Source: a virus
Length of the DNA stretch: 64,000 nt
IMG/VR virus record: IMGVR_UViG_3300005533_000009
Coordinates: 1-64,000 of that record
Direction: 5' to 3' (one strand)
A program made the position numbers and the translations under genes. The notes below the pieces were generated by a model. That model ran no database searches. It was given only the letters and a program-made list of their open reading frames with translations, and was not told where the DNA came from. Positions within the stretch are counted from its first letter, which is position 1, and each line of letters begins with the position of its first letter. This document shows, piece by piece, positions 26,524-36,706 of the stretch.

Positions 26524-26844
26524 TTGAAAACTATCACAAAAAGTTTTTCTCATTCATTTGGAGCAGGGCAGTCTGGTACAAGCGTATCTTTAGCAAGTTT
26601 TAATCTACCTACAGGAAATTATATTATTTCTGTGTTTTCTACAGGTGGAGGAAGTGATGCAAGCATCAGTCTTGATCAAGCGTCTACTTATTACCAATAT
26701 TACCAAGGCAGTTTTCAACCATCAGTATTTGCTTTAGCAGAACCGGATAGTTCTGGAATTATAAGTTTTCATATCACAGCTTCTACTAACAATGCTAGCA
26801 CTACTACCGGAGTTATTGTTATAGAACACGTCGATAATGTGTAA
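26524..26844 (+). CDS. Hypothetical Ser/Thr-rich beta protein, possibly a virion decoration
   Basis: TTG start with SD AAGGAG. Confidence 0.6.
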   Translation: MKTITKSFSHSFGAGQSGTSVSLASFNLPTGNYIISVFSTGGGSDASISLDQASTYYQYYQGSFQPSVFALAEPDSSGIISFHITASTNNASTTTGVIVIEHVDNV

Positions 26845-26876
26845 AAAGTTTTATGGAGCTACTAAGTGTGGCTCCT

Positions 26877-26956
26877 TATGCTGTAAAATCTGGTTCAATA
26901 GTAGAACGCCCTACGGGGAGAATGAAGGGTGCAAGTCCTTTCAATTTTACAGTATA
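26877..26956 (+). ncRNA. tRNA-like element with no anticodon loop or CCA in the capsid leader
   Basis: Long stem TATGCTGTAAAAT/ATTTTACAGTATA; D-arm GTTC-AATAGTA-GAAC; mini-arm CCC-TACG-GGG; T-arm AAGGG-TGCAAGT-CCTTT. Confidence 0.6.
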
Positions 26957-27132
26957 AAGAACCATACTTTATAAGTTATAACCTATTCGAAGTACCTTGT
27001 GGTGGCGATAACACCTTAAATATGCTCAGGGAAAAGAGTAGAGGCAGTACATAGGTTCTCATTATGACTCACATGGCATTGGTGAAGTGACAGAAACTTC
27101 ATGGATGTACATTAATAATGGAAAAAAATTAA

Positions 27133-29467
27133 ATGGCTGCATTACTAGAAGCGGCTGTGGAAGCTGTCGAACTTGATGCGTTTGCAAAAGAGATTCCCGA
27201 CCTAGTTTTCCATGGCACTACTGCTTACACTCTTTTCAAGAATGAAGCAACTAAGATTCCTGTAAGCAACCAGTCTAACGCAGGCGGCGTTCAGCGTCCA
27301 TCATTCCGTGTTCCTTTCCGTGTACAAAGCGGTGCGGCAATTTCGCAGGGAACTGGTAACGCTGATTCAATGCTGCGTGGTTCTGGTTCACAGTGGGCAT
27401 CATTTGCGCTTGCCCCTGTATATTTGTTCAACGTGTGTGAAATCTCATGGTTGGCACAGGCATCAACTGACAGCAAGCAAAAGGGCTTGTTCGCTGTTAA
27501 TACTTTAGCAGCGGCTGCGTAGTAATACATGGCGTAGAAATAATCTTGCTATATCGGGGAAAACCTGTTATCCTAAAGATGGAAATAGACAATCCCGAGG
27601 GAAGATAGAATGACAAAGCAAAGTAAGTTTTCATACCTTGCAGGTTTCATGGATGGCGAAGGAACATTCGCTATCGTCAAAACCTTCTCGGTTCAAAGAA
27701 AACCGGATGGAAGTAAGAAGCGTTACGTGGTATATAAACTGAATATCTCAGTAAGTAATACCAACAAAGAAGTCATGGAATGGATAGCCTTGAATTTTGG
27801 AGGCAAGCCACTGCCGGGAAGCAATGAAGGTCGAAAGCCTCATTATAAAACTCGGTATGCATGGCACGTAACACACAGAGACAAACAAAAGAGTTTTATT
27901 CTTGGTTTGTTACCTTACCTAGTTGCGAAAAAGGAACAAGCAAAAATAGCACTACAATTCATTGAGACTTATTCGAATGAGATTGGGGTGCCGCTTGATT
28001 CTGCGGTGGTAGAGAAAAGAGACCAGTTGAGAAAGCAAATGCAAAAACTCAACGGTACACTACCTTCCGATTCTAAACCCGTAGAGACTACACGCAGGAC
28101 TCCAAAGTGTACAAAATGTAATCATCTAGTTTCAGAGCATACTTCCACAGGATGTAATGTAAAAGTATGTGATGCTGCTGGAGATTTAGATTTTTGTCCT
28201 TGTGGATGATGATATAGTCCGAACTGCATAGTGATATGCAGAGTGTGGCAGAAATGTCATACCTAGCTTTTAGCTAGTAACATATTTGTAAAGCACAAGA
28301 AATGAAGAATTCGCTAGACGCTGCTATGCAGGGTATTGAAGGTCTGATTAACTCAGACGGTTCTGGTGCAATTGACCAGATTCCTTCAACCGCAACTATC
28401 ACTCTAAGTGGTGGTTCACCCGCAGCACAGACTGCTAGCATTGTTGGTATGAACGTGGCAGTTGCATTTTCAGATCAGCAAGTAGTTAAGTTCTACAGCA
28501 CTGGTGGCGTACAGCGTACTGGTGGTGGTATCACTTCCGCAACGATTTCCTACGTTGACGGACCTAGCAACACTCTATATTTCAGCACTGCTCTGCCTTC
28601 AGACGTAGTGGTAACTGACTATGTAGTTGTTCAGGGTGCAACTTATGGAGCAGGTAACTCAATCCTTGGTATCAAGGCATGGGACGTTAACTCAAACACT
28701 GGTACTATTGCAGGTTTGAACCGTAACGCTTATCCCGGTCGTCTAAGCACTCCAACTATTAACCTAGCTGGTGCTGCATTGACTCCAAACATTGCCCAGA
28801 GAGCAGAAGTGCTCCTAGGTCGTGCATTGGGTCCAGACGCTGATAGCATCGAAAGTGGTATCTGGTACGGTCCTCCTGAGCAGGCAATGGCTCAGAGCAA
28901 TTTGTACTACAACGTACAAATCATCAATGCTCAAGAAGTAAAGGGCGACAAGACACTCGATATGTCTAAGAAGCACTTTGCTAATGAGTTTGGTGGCCGT
29001 AAGTATCACAAGAGTTGGACATTCTCACCAAACCGTATGGATTTGCTGGTAATGGACAACTGGTACATGGGCGAACTTTCACCTCTTGAGCTTTATGACT
29101 TCGGGGGCGGGAATGTAGTTGCTCCAGTGCCTGATATCGGTAACAGTACCTCAAGCGGGTCATACCTTACCTCACACATGTTGAACGTTACGTTAGGACA
29201 TGTATAAATTTCTTCTGATTGACTCGAACCCTGAAATGGCAACGAGGCGGAACCCAATAGGGACCGTGAGAGACTAAGCGAAGAAACGTCTAAATGACGA
29301 TGCAATAGTCCGATCACATGGGAATAAAACCATGTGAGTGCAACAGAAATGATTGCACCTCATACACTGAGTAACAACAATGCGCGTATAATTGCTGCTT
29401 CAATTTGGCAAACGCTGCTCCAAGAGCAGGTCTGTATATCCAGAATGCAGCAGTTCCGACCATCTGA
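27133..29467 (+). CDS. Major capsid protein; exons 27133-27497, 28289-29182, 29383-29467 (447 aa spliced)
   Basis: Splicing at U.G and omega-G sites restores one frame (...KGLFAV|KAQEMK... and ...SHMF|AYNCCFNL...PTI*); position after portal and scaffold. Confidence 0.8.
27498..28288 (+). mobile_element. Group I intron 1 in the capsid gene, carrying a LAGLIDADG ORF
   Basis: P1 TCGCTGT|TAA..TTAGCAGCGG with U.G; P10 TAAAG/CTTTA; core AGAGACTAC and GATATAGTCC; terminal G. Confidence 0.9.
27610..28209 (+). CDS. Intron-encoded single-motif LAGLIDADG endonuclease with a Cys/His C-terminal tail
   Basis: YLAGFMDGEG, NFGG, LLPYLVAKKEQA. Confidence 0.9.
   Translation: MTKQSKFSYLAGFMDGEGTFAIVKTFSVQRKPDGSKKRYVVYKLNISVSNTNKEVMEWIALNFGGKPLPGSNEGRKPHYKTRYAWHVTHRDKQKSFILGLLPYLVAKKEQAKIALQFIETYSNEIGVPLDSAVVEKRDQLRKQMQKLNGTLPSDSKPVETTRRTPKCTKCNHLVSEHTSTGCNVKVCDAAGDLDFCPCG
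29183..29382 (+). mobile_element. Group I intron 2, ORF-less, 200 nt
   Basis: P1 ACATGTT|..GACATGT with U.G; AGAGACTAA and GCAATAGTCCGA core; terminal G restores frame. Confidence 0.88.
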
Positions 29468-29502
29468 TTTTAAATAACTTAGATGTGTTTTTGATTGTGA
29501 AA

Positions 29503-29580
29503 CTTTGAGCCTCATGAACTCAAAGCGTGGAGGGGATAGCCTAATCTATCCCCTTCTCACTCTATTAGGAGAGAAAATTG
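29503..29580 (+). promoter_or_regulatory. Kissing-loop SD-sequestering element 5
   Basis: GGAGGGGATAG-CCTAAT-CTATCCCCTTC; CTCT-ATTAGG-AGAG. Confidence 0.75.
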
Positions 29581-30096
29581 GTACAAAAAAGAAGAAGTAC
29601 AAAACCTTATGAAGGCTACCCTTGGCATGAACAACATAAGGAAGAATTAAAAGAAAAAGCTCGTAAATATAGAGCGGAAAACCCAGAATACTTAAAGCGC
29701 AATGCTGAAAAAGCAAGACGTGATCGTTTAGAAAACCCAGAATTTTATCGTGCCAGAGAGTTTGCACGAGAAATGAAAAAATATGGTGTAACTGTAGAAT
29801 GGTACAGAGATAAACTTATTGCTCAAAATGGACTTTGTGCTATTTGTCAGCATTTAAGTCATCATCATGGTACTATTCAAAGATTACAGGTAGATCATAA
29901 TCATCAGTGTTGTGATGTTAAAACCAAAAGTTGTGGAGAATGCGTGCGCGGTCTTTTATGCGCCGATTGTAATATTAATCTTAGCTATTTGGAAAAAATT
30001 TTGAAAGACATATACGGTCTGTATGAAGCCCGATGGGACTCATGGACCTCTAAGGCATTAAAATATTTGACTCAGTACGAACTTACTGCCAACTAA
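29578..30096 (+). CDS. Endonuclease VII-like HNH endonuclease
   Basis: QNGLCAIC, LQVDHNHQCC..CGECVRGLLCADCN. Confidence 0.85.
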   Translation: MVQKRRSTKPYEGYPWHEQHKEELKEKARKYRAENPEYLKRNAEKARRDRLENPEFYRAREFAREMKKYGVTVEWYRDKLIAQNGLCAICQHLSHHHGTIQRLQVDHNHQCCDVKTKSCGECVRGLLCADCNINLSYLEKILKDIYGLYEARWDSWTSKALKYLTQYELTAN

Positions 30097-30171
30097 CCAC
30101 GGTAAAAAGTGTGGCAGGAACCCTCTAATTCTGGCTATTTCACCGTGAATTTTAGCCAGTTAGAGGAACAA

Positions 30172-30408
30172 ATGGAGACTCAGATGCAAAATAATCCAGC
30201 AGTAAATATCGGTAGTACATCCGATCCATGGGTATTTAATACCCCCCAGCCTTATACTTATTATTACAATACTTATGCCCAAGCGAGAACAATTGGACAA
30301 GAAATTGTAGATGCGTATAAGGCCGGAATTTTAGACCGAGACGAAGCAAGAAAAGCTTTCAAAAGAAATTATCCATACATATTAGTAGACGAGACTCAGG
30401 AGCAATAA
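30172..30408 (+). CDS. Hypothetical protein
   Basis: SD GAGGA before ATG 30172. Confidence 0.6.
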   Translation: METQMQNNPAVNIGSTSDPWVFNTPQPYTYYYNTYAQARTIGQEIVDAYKAGILDRDEARKAFKRNYPYILVDETQEQ

Positions 30409-31032
30409 ATGGGATTAGGTGGTGGAGATAAGCTGGCGAAGGGCGCTAGAAGTGCTCAATTCGCTGGCGGTCATGCTACTGTAGACGACGAGATTATTAT
30501 TAATCCGTCTATGGTTTCTCAGGAAAATCAAGAGGAACCGTCATTAACAGTAATTGACAAAAGACATAATTACCTTGATTCATTCAAGGAAGTTAAAGTA
30601 GCAGAAAACACAGTTGTAAAAGAATTTCCAGATAAAGAATACGAAATAGGTAGACCTATTCTGGATCGCCTACTTGTTATGAGAGTGTCTATTGATCCTG
30701 ATGAAGAACTGCTAGAAGATGGAAGCGTAAGAAATAAAAAGACAGGAATTATCACTTCATCGGCTTATAGACAACATACTAATACTGGTATTGTTTTGGC
30801 TACTGGAGGCTCAGTAGTTATGGGTGGAGTAAAGTTTCCTACTAGTGACTTTGTTAAACCCGGAGATAGAATTTTTTATGGAGACTACAACTCAGAGTTG
30901 TTTCCTATTGATGAAGAGCGAGTAAAACAACTTTGTAGAGCTATTAAAGTAAACTACGAAAAAGTTGAAAACGGCATTCGTCTAATCAGGGTACAAGATG
31001 TGCGTATGGTTGAGAGTCCAAAGGAAAACTGA
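30409..31032 (+). CDS. groES: GroES-like co-chaperonin
   Basis: RPILDRLLV...TGII...TGIVLATG...VKPGDRIFY...LIRVQDV. Confidence 0.75.
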   Translation: MGLGGGDKLAKGARSAQFAGGHATVDDEIIINPSMVSQENQEEPSLTVIDKRHNYLDSFKEVKVAENTVVKEFPDKEYEIGRPILDRLLVMRVSIDPDEELLEDGSVRNKKTGIITSSAYRQHTNTGIVLATGGSVVMGGVKFPTSDFVKPGDRIFYGDYNSELFPIDEERVKQLCRAIKVNYEKVENGIRLIRVQDVRMVESPKEN

Positions 31033-31331
31033 TGTCAGAAATCATTAGACCAGATGATGTCATACAGCAAGCTCTTTCCCCTGATTGGTGGTCACAACCT
31101 GTAAGCCGTAGAGCTTTCCAAGCGCAATTACAAGCTATAAGTCAACATTTAGCTGATTTATACACGGCTGCTGATACGGCTGCTATATTGATTAATTTCA
31201 TTATGGAAGAAAGACTTGCTAAGACAGAAGAAGAAAAAGCCGCTCTGCGTACCGAAGTGGATGAATATGTAAAGAAAAAGAAGGCTCAGATAGAAGCATT
31301 AAAGAAGGCTCAGAGCAATTCAAATGAGTAA
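31032..31331 (+). CDS. Hypothetical protein
   Basis: Translationally coupled ORF. Confidence 0.65.
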   Translation: MSEIIRPDDVIQQALSPDWWSQPVSRRAFQAQLQAISQHLADLYTAADTAAILINFIMEERLAKTEEEKAALRTEVDEYVKKKKAQIEALKKAQSNSNE

Positions 31332-32094
31332 TCGTAAAGATACTTACCAACTTTATCAATGTCCCCAAGAATTTCAAGATAGGCTAAATGAAGTTGGTGG
31401 TTTTAACCGCTACGACATGCCCAATTTTATAGTACGTTGGGGTCAAGGCGGTGAAGACGAGTGCTTATATCGCGCAGGGGGACATTGGCACCCGGAGAAT
31501 CAGCCCTCCTTTAAAGGTTATAGAGATTTACTTATTGGTCATGGTAGCCCTTGCTGGCTCCTGATGCAATGGGAAGACGCTGTAGTTTATGGAACCCCCG
31601 AAAGCTACTATGTAGGAAACTACGATGACGAAACAGGATTACAAACCCTAGGTGAGTATCCTTATCAAGGTAAATACAAAGTGCTTTACCATTTACAGTG
31701 GAGAGATATGAAGAATGGTAATATGAAAACAGAGCCTATGCCTCTGAATTCTTACCTGATTCAAACTATAGTTCCTATTATCATGATGGCAAAAGATATA
31801 TCTGATGCTAAAAAAATGGAAGCTATAAAGCAGCAAAAAGAACAAGAAGATAAAGCTGACCTTCAAATGATTGAAGACGTGATGAGAGACTCCTCTCTGT
31901 CGTTTAAAGGTCCAGTATCATATTCAAGACAAGGTTGCCGTACATCTATCATTGATAAAAAGGTAGAAGAAATGACTCATTACTGGAACAAAATGGTAAC
32001 CAATGCAAAACAACTAGGTCGAGGACTCAGTGCTCATACAGTAGACAGTGAGATTGGCCGACAACAGTGGATGACTCAAGGAGATAAAACTTAA
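31324..32094 (+). CDS. Hypothetical protein
   Basis: Translationally coupled ORF, 256 aa. Confidence 0.7.
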   Translation: MSNRKDTYQLYQCPQEFQDRLNEVGGFNRYDMPNFIVRWGQGGEDECLYRAGGHWHPENQPSFKGYRDLLIGHGSPCWLLMQWEDAVVYGTPESYYVGNYDDETGLQTLGEYPYQGKYKVLYHLQWRDMKNGNMKTEPMPLNSYLIQTIVPIIMMAKDISDAKKMEAIKQQKEQEDKADLQMIEDVMRDSSLSFKGPVSYSRQGCRTSIIDKKVEEMTHYWNKMVTNAKQLGRGLSAHTVDSEIGRQQWMTQGDKT

Positions 32095-33026
32095 TGGCTG
32101 ATGTTAACGCCGGAATTACAACTCGCCCAGATTTGACTAGGGCGAAAAACGAAGCATTTAATCTTGGTTATGAGTTTAATGCGTTCGATTATTTGCTAGG
32201 AAGAGCGCCAGAATACTATGTATACCTATATAATGTCTCAGAAGAAGTATACAAGGTTTCTAGACCTCCTATTGCAAAAGAAATTATTTTAGTTGGAAGA
32301 CCAAAGGGTAAGAAATTTCAAGTATGTGGTAGATTCCCACAGCCCATGGTTCTTCCTCGTACCAGCGTAGATCAGAGTGCTATGGGATTTGATACCTTAG
32401 ATGCCCGTCGTTTTGCTATGGACGTTATCAACTCAGAAAACCTGACTCTAAACCAAGATGCAGTTATTGACGCAAGAAATTCTTTTAGTGTTGGTCATGA
32501 TCTTGGTAAAAAGGGTGTATTCTGGAGTTTGAATGGTCCCGGCAACGTTGGTAAGCGTGGTCCTAATGGTGAAGAGCTATTAGCGGAACCCACCGAAAAA
32601 GAAATTAATCGTGCCTATGATCGTATGGAAGGTTATTATAAGTTCCTGATTGATCAAGCTGACACTGTACAAGCATCTGCTCCTGCTAAGCTCGGGGAAA
32701 TTCTATCCCCAGAGCATCACGCAGCATGTGAGTACTTTGGTGAAGAGCGTCAATGGCACGCTAAGAGAAGTCGTCCCGCAGATTGTCCTAATTGCGGTGC
32801 CCGTATTAAAGAGGGCATGGCTTACCATATTGATGCGTCCGGTGATCTATGTATCATTGATTGGGAACGCACTGTGAAATCAGGTAAGCGCACTCGTGCT
32901 CAGGCATTTGAAGCAACGGGTGATCCAAAGTTCGCTCCTAAGGAAGCTACAGTAGCAGTTGCAGAGGTGCCTCAGACACCCGCAGCCCCTAAGGTTGTAA
33001 GACCTACTGGTATTCCGTCAGAGTAA
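32094..33026 (+). CDS. Hypothetical protein with a CPNC knuckle
   Basis: Coupled ORF with SD AAGGAG. Confidence 0.7.
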   Translation: MADVNAGITTRPDLTRAKNEAFNLGYEFNAFDYLLGRAPEYYVYLYNVSEEVYKVSRPPIAKEIILVGRPKGKKFQVCGRFPQPMVLPRTSVDQSAMGFDTLDARRFAMDVINSENLTLNQDAVIDARNSFSVGHDLGKKGVFWSLNGPGNVGKRGPNGEELLAEPTEKEINRAYDRMEGYYKFLIDQADTVQASAPAKLGEILSPEHHAACEYFGEERQWHAKRSRPADCPNCGARIKEGMAYHIDASGDLCIIDWERTVKSGKRTRAQAFEATGDPKFAPKEATVAVAEVPQTPAAPKVVRPTGIPSE

Positions 33027-33110
33027 ACAAGCTTGGCATTTGAAAATCATAGCCAAGTAAGCGTTCTGAGTCCGTTGAACGGTTCTGATCGTAAGATGCC
33101 ATGTAACATT

Positions 33111-33166
33111 TGCGCCACTCTGCCGAGGTTGTAATTACTTCCGGTAGGGTGGCGCTTTTCTATTTT
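33111..33166 (+). terminator. Long hairpin terminator
   Basis: GCGCCACTCTGCCG...CGGTAGGGTGGCGC-TTTTCTATTTT. Confidence 0.7.
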
Positions 33167-33177
33167 ATGGAGAGCGC

Positions 33178-34041
33178 ATGAGCAGCCCGACAATTAATAT
33201 ACCATCGAATACAGGGGATACTTCCCTTCTGACCATTATGAATCTCGTGCGTGCTTATGTAAACGACTCTCAAGCTGGAGCCACAAGCACACCGGGAGAA
33301 GGACAGGTATTTACTGATAATCCTGCTATTTCACCTTTTACACAACCATTTCTTAATGCATCCATCAGAGAGTTATACAGAGAGTTAAGAAACGTTGGAC
33401 AGCCTACTTTACTTAAAGACAACGTGATCGTATCTGGTCTTACTCCACTTAACAGCTTGGAGAATGGACTAGGTGGGCCTAACCCTGATGTGCAGACGTA
33501 TTTAAGTTTTAACGGGTACTTTGACGGTTTGACTTTAAATTCAAACCTTAAATTACCTGCCGATATGATTTACCCTGTAAGACTATGGGAAAGACAGACT
33601 GGTTCCAACGACATATTTGTACCCATGGAACAACCTCAGTTTGGTCTACCATCCTGCTATCAAGGTCCAAAGCTTTGTTACTGGGAATGGAGAAATGATA
33701 ATATCTGGTTTGTAGGTGCTACACAAACTAATGACGTTAGAATGCGTTACTGGTGTACACTTGCTACCTTCTTTAGTCAAACCTTGGATTTTGCTTCTAC
33801 TTACGTGCCTATCATTGATTGCACTGACGCAGTAGCTTTAAAGACCGCAGTAAAGTATGCGGTGATGTTGGGTAGTCCCGGTTTGAACGACCTTAAAGTG
33901 TTGGCTGCTGATGCTATGTTCCAATTGAAGAATGGAATCACTCGCAGACAACAAAGTATTGATTACGCTAGGCCTCCGTATGGAAGTTACAATGGTGGAG
34001 ATTCTTATACGAACGGCACCTATAATTTATTCTGGCAATAG
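33178..34041 (+). CDS. Putative head-tail adaptor (tail tubular A-like)
   Basis: Size, position and helical-beta-helical layout; inference. Confidence 0.5.
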   Translation: MSSPTINIPSNTGDTSLLTIMNLVRAYVNDSQAGATSTPGEGQVFTDNPAISPFTQPFLNASIRELYRELRNVGQPTLLKDNVIVSGLTPLNSLENGLGGPNPDVQTYLSFNGYFDGLTLNSNLKLPADMIYPVRLWERQTGSNDIFVPMEQPQFGLPSCYQGPKLCYWEWRNDNIWFVGATQTNDVRMRYWCTLATFFSQTLDFASTYVPIIDCTDAVALKTAVKYAVMLGSPGLNDLKVLAADAMFQLKNGITRRQQSIDYARPPYGSYNGGDSYTNGTYNLFWQ

Positions 34042-34047
34042 GAGTTA

Positions 34048-34782
34048 GTGATGGCAAACGTACCAACCTTTTTTAGAGATGACGGTTTTGTAAAAGGAAC
34101 ATTAGGACCAGCCGTACCGGGAGCGCAAGTTTTCGTAGTACAGCAGCCTGCAAATGTGCCTTCTAGCTTAACCGCAGCTAATCCTACTCCTACCCCACTC
34201 CAAAATATTTTTAGTGATCCAAACGGGTTAGTGCCTATAACCCAGCCTATTATAACTGATGGTTTTGGGCACTATGATTTTTATGTAACTCCCGGCACTT
34301 ATACAGTGTGTGTTTATCTTAATGGTCTATTGAGTCAATCTTACCCAGATCAAACAATCGGTTTGGGTGGAGGGTTAGTTGCTGGTAATGGAATTACTAT
34401 CAACGGTACTACCATCGCATTAAGCCCACGAGTTGCCGCTATTAACTACACCATAGACGGTGGAGGATCAACCCCCGGCACTGGTGTTAAGGGCCAGTTA
34501 AGTATACCTTTTGCCTGTACGATTACAGGCTGGGTGATCACATCTGATGTATCAGGATCAGCCGTTGTAGATGTGTTGCGTTCAACATACGCGGGTTTTC
34601 CTACCACTGCTTCTATAGCGGGTACCGATAAACCAACTCTGTCTTCAGCGCAAAAGAATGAGAACTTAACTTTAACACAGTGGACTACAGCTATTAATGC
34701 TGGGGATCAACTACAGTTTAATTTGAACTCAGTTGCTACGGTAACAAGAATCAACGTTACCTTAAATATAACGGTGCCATAA
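34048..34782 (+). CDS. Tail fibre/spike protein with an N-terminal virion-attachment domain
   Basis: PITQPIITDGFGHYDFY resembles tailspike head-binding domains; Thr/Gly-rich. Confidence 0.6.
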   Translation: MMANVPTFFRDDGFVKGTLGPAVPGAQVFVVQQPANVPSSLTAANPTPTPLQNIFSDPNGLVPITQPIITDGFGHYDFYVTPGTYTVCVYLNGLLSQSYPDQTIGLGGGLVAGNGITINGTTIALSPRVAAINYTIDGGGSTPGTGVKGQLSIPFACTITGWVITSDVSGSAVVDVLRSTYAGFPTTASIAGTDKPTLSSAQKNENLTLTQWTTAINAGDQLQFNLNSVATVTRINVTLNITVP

Positions 34783-35534
34783 TGAGCATTGCATTAGCAC
34801 AATCGTTTCTTGGTGGGAATGGAAACACTACAAATACTACACCATTTACATTAAATACTAGTGCAACATTTCCTAGTAATGTAGCAGCCGGAAGCCTTAT
34901 ATTAGTGCATGGAGCAGCGAACGTTACCGCATCTACTTTAGGTAACCGTGAAATTCCAACCATGCAACCAGCGGTGCCGGGAGCGGCACAGTCGGATTGG
35001 GTACAGACTGCACAAACAGCCATAAATATAGCATCTCCAATTTCTGCGAGAGGAAATTATTTATATTACTTACAAAACTGTCCCGCTATATCAGCAGGAA
35101 GTACAATATCTGTTCCATGGATTTTTGCTGGTTCTGGCGTAACTCACACCATAACTGCTGAATTTGCTGTGTACGTATTCACTGGTGTATTAACAGCCGG
35201 AAACAAATTTACTGTCCAAGAGACTAACCATAATAATACTGGTACAGCCAGCACACCAAGCACTGCTAATCTTGTAATAGCTAACACTGATTTATGTGTA
35301 TGTTCATTCGTTGGAGATTCGGGCAATCTTTCGGCTGGTACTGGTTATACTCCCGGCATTAATATGTCTGTGGCTACATTTGGATCGTTGCAGTATATTC
35401 TTAATCAAGCTTCAGGGTCTATTGCAACCGCATTTTCTGGTGGTACTGAAGCAAATTGGGCTGCATCTGCTGCTGCGTTTAAACCAGCACCTCCAGCAAA
35501 AGGATTTTCTTTCGGATCAATTTTAGGAGCTTAA
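34782..35534 (+). CDS. Putative virion structural/fibre protein
   Basis: Ala/Ser/Thr/Gly-rich beta protein in the tail module. Confidence 0.55.
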   Translation: MSIALAQSFLGGNGNTTNTTPFTLNTSATFPSNVAAGSLILVHGAANVTASTLGNREIPTMQPAVPGAAQSDWVQTAQTAINIASPISARGNYLYYLQNCPAISAGSTISVPWIFAGSGVTHTITAEFAVYVFTGVLTAGNKFTVQETNHNNTGTASTPSTANLVIANTDLCVCSFVGDSGNLSAGTGYTPGINMSVATFGSLQYILNQASGSIATAFSGGTEANWAASAAAFKPAPPAKGFSFGSILGA

Positions 35535-35538
35535 TCTT

Positions 35539-36706
35539 ATGGCTGTACCAACTTACTTTAGAATGGATGGATGGGTTAAGTCAGTAACTGGTGCAGCCGT
35601 ATCTGGAGCCCAGATATATGTGGCAACCCAGCCAGCAAACACTGCGTTCCTTCCCCCATCTCCGTTAGCCACCTATTTACAGTGATCCTAACGGTTTAGT
35701 TCCTATAACACAACCTATTCTTACGGATGGCTTTGGACATTATGATTTTTACGTACTTCCCGGCACATACACAGTTGTAGTAGGGTTGAATGGACAGGTA
35801 TCTCAAGTATACCCCGATCAAAGTATAGGACAAGCTGGAGGAGGCACTAGCGGTACGGTTACCAGCGTAGGTTTAGTTGATAGCTCAGGATTTTTGACTA
35901 TCACTGGATCACCAGTAACTTCAGCAGGTAATATAAGCATTGCATTTGCTACTGAGCCTGCTAATAAAGTGTTCTCTGGACCTTCCAGTGGGCCTGCTGC
36001 ATCTCCTACCTTCCGTTCATTAGTATTGGCAGACCTTCCTAGCATAGGATTTTCAAACCTTACAGGAAATATTTCTGTTAACCAGATGAACAGTGGTACT
36101 AGCGCATCTTCTTCAACTTTTTGGAGAGGTGACGGTACATGGGTAGCAGCCGGAACAGCTTTTTCGACATCTGGACAGGGTTGGTTCTTCCCTGATTTGG
36201 GAATTATAGGAGCAAACACTTCTTCTTCTGGACAATACACCCCAGCAAACAACGACAACGAAGTATTGGCATATCAGTTTGTATTGTTAGCTTCTTACAC
36301 AATTAGAAAAATATCGGCTATACCTAATAGTGCTGGTGGTAATGGAAATGCTAGCTGCGCTATATATTCATTTGATGGAAACACAAAGTTAATAGATGCT
36401 GGAGCAAATGCATTCCCCGGCACACCGGGAGGATCAGTAGTAACTGTAAGTATTACACCTGTTACACTTAGCCCCGGTGTTTATTGGTTAGGATGCAGTT
36501 CCACAAATCACTTGATGACATCTGCTATGGGATTTACTTTGTCATCTGGTTCTGCTGGTTATTTTTCTATTGTCAACGGAAGCCAAGTACGTACAGGTAA
36601 GGCTGCTAATAGCATGTCTGGTGGAGCTATGCCATCTACTCTTGGAGCAATTTCATCTATTTCTGATCCAGCCTCAGGGTTTGCAAGATTCTTGTTTGAA
36701 TGTTAA
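35539..36706 (+). pseudogene. Second tail fibre interrupted by a +1 frameshift at about 35671-35674
   Basis: MAVPTYFRMDGWVK... is paralogous to the 34048 gene; homology (IYSDPNGLVPITQP) continues in the +1 frame. Confidence 0.7.

Noticed and set aside
27133-29207. ORFs 27133-27522 and 28302-29207 as two separate genes
   Set aside because: They are exons of one intron-split capsid gene; their C-terminal tails are intron read-through
33030-33110. Riboswitch or ribozyme in the intergenic region before the adaptor gene
   Set aside because: Several short hairpins are present but no recognisable conserved core; insufficient support
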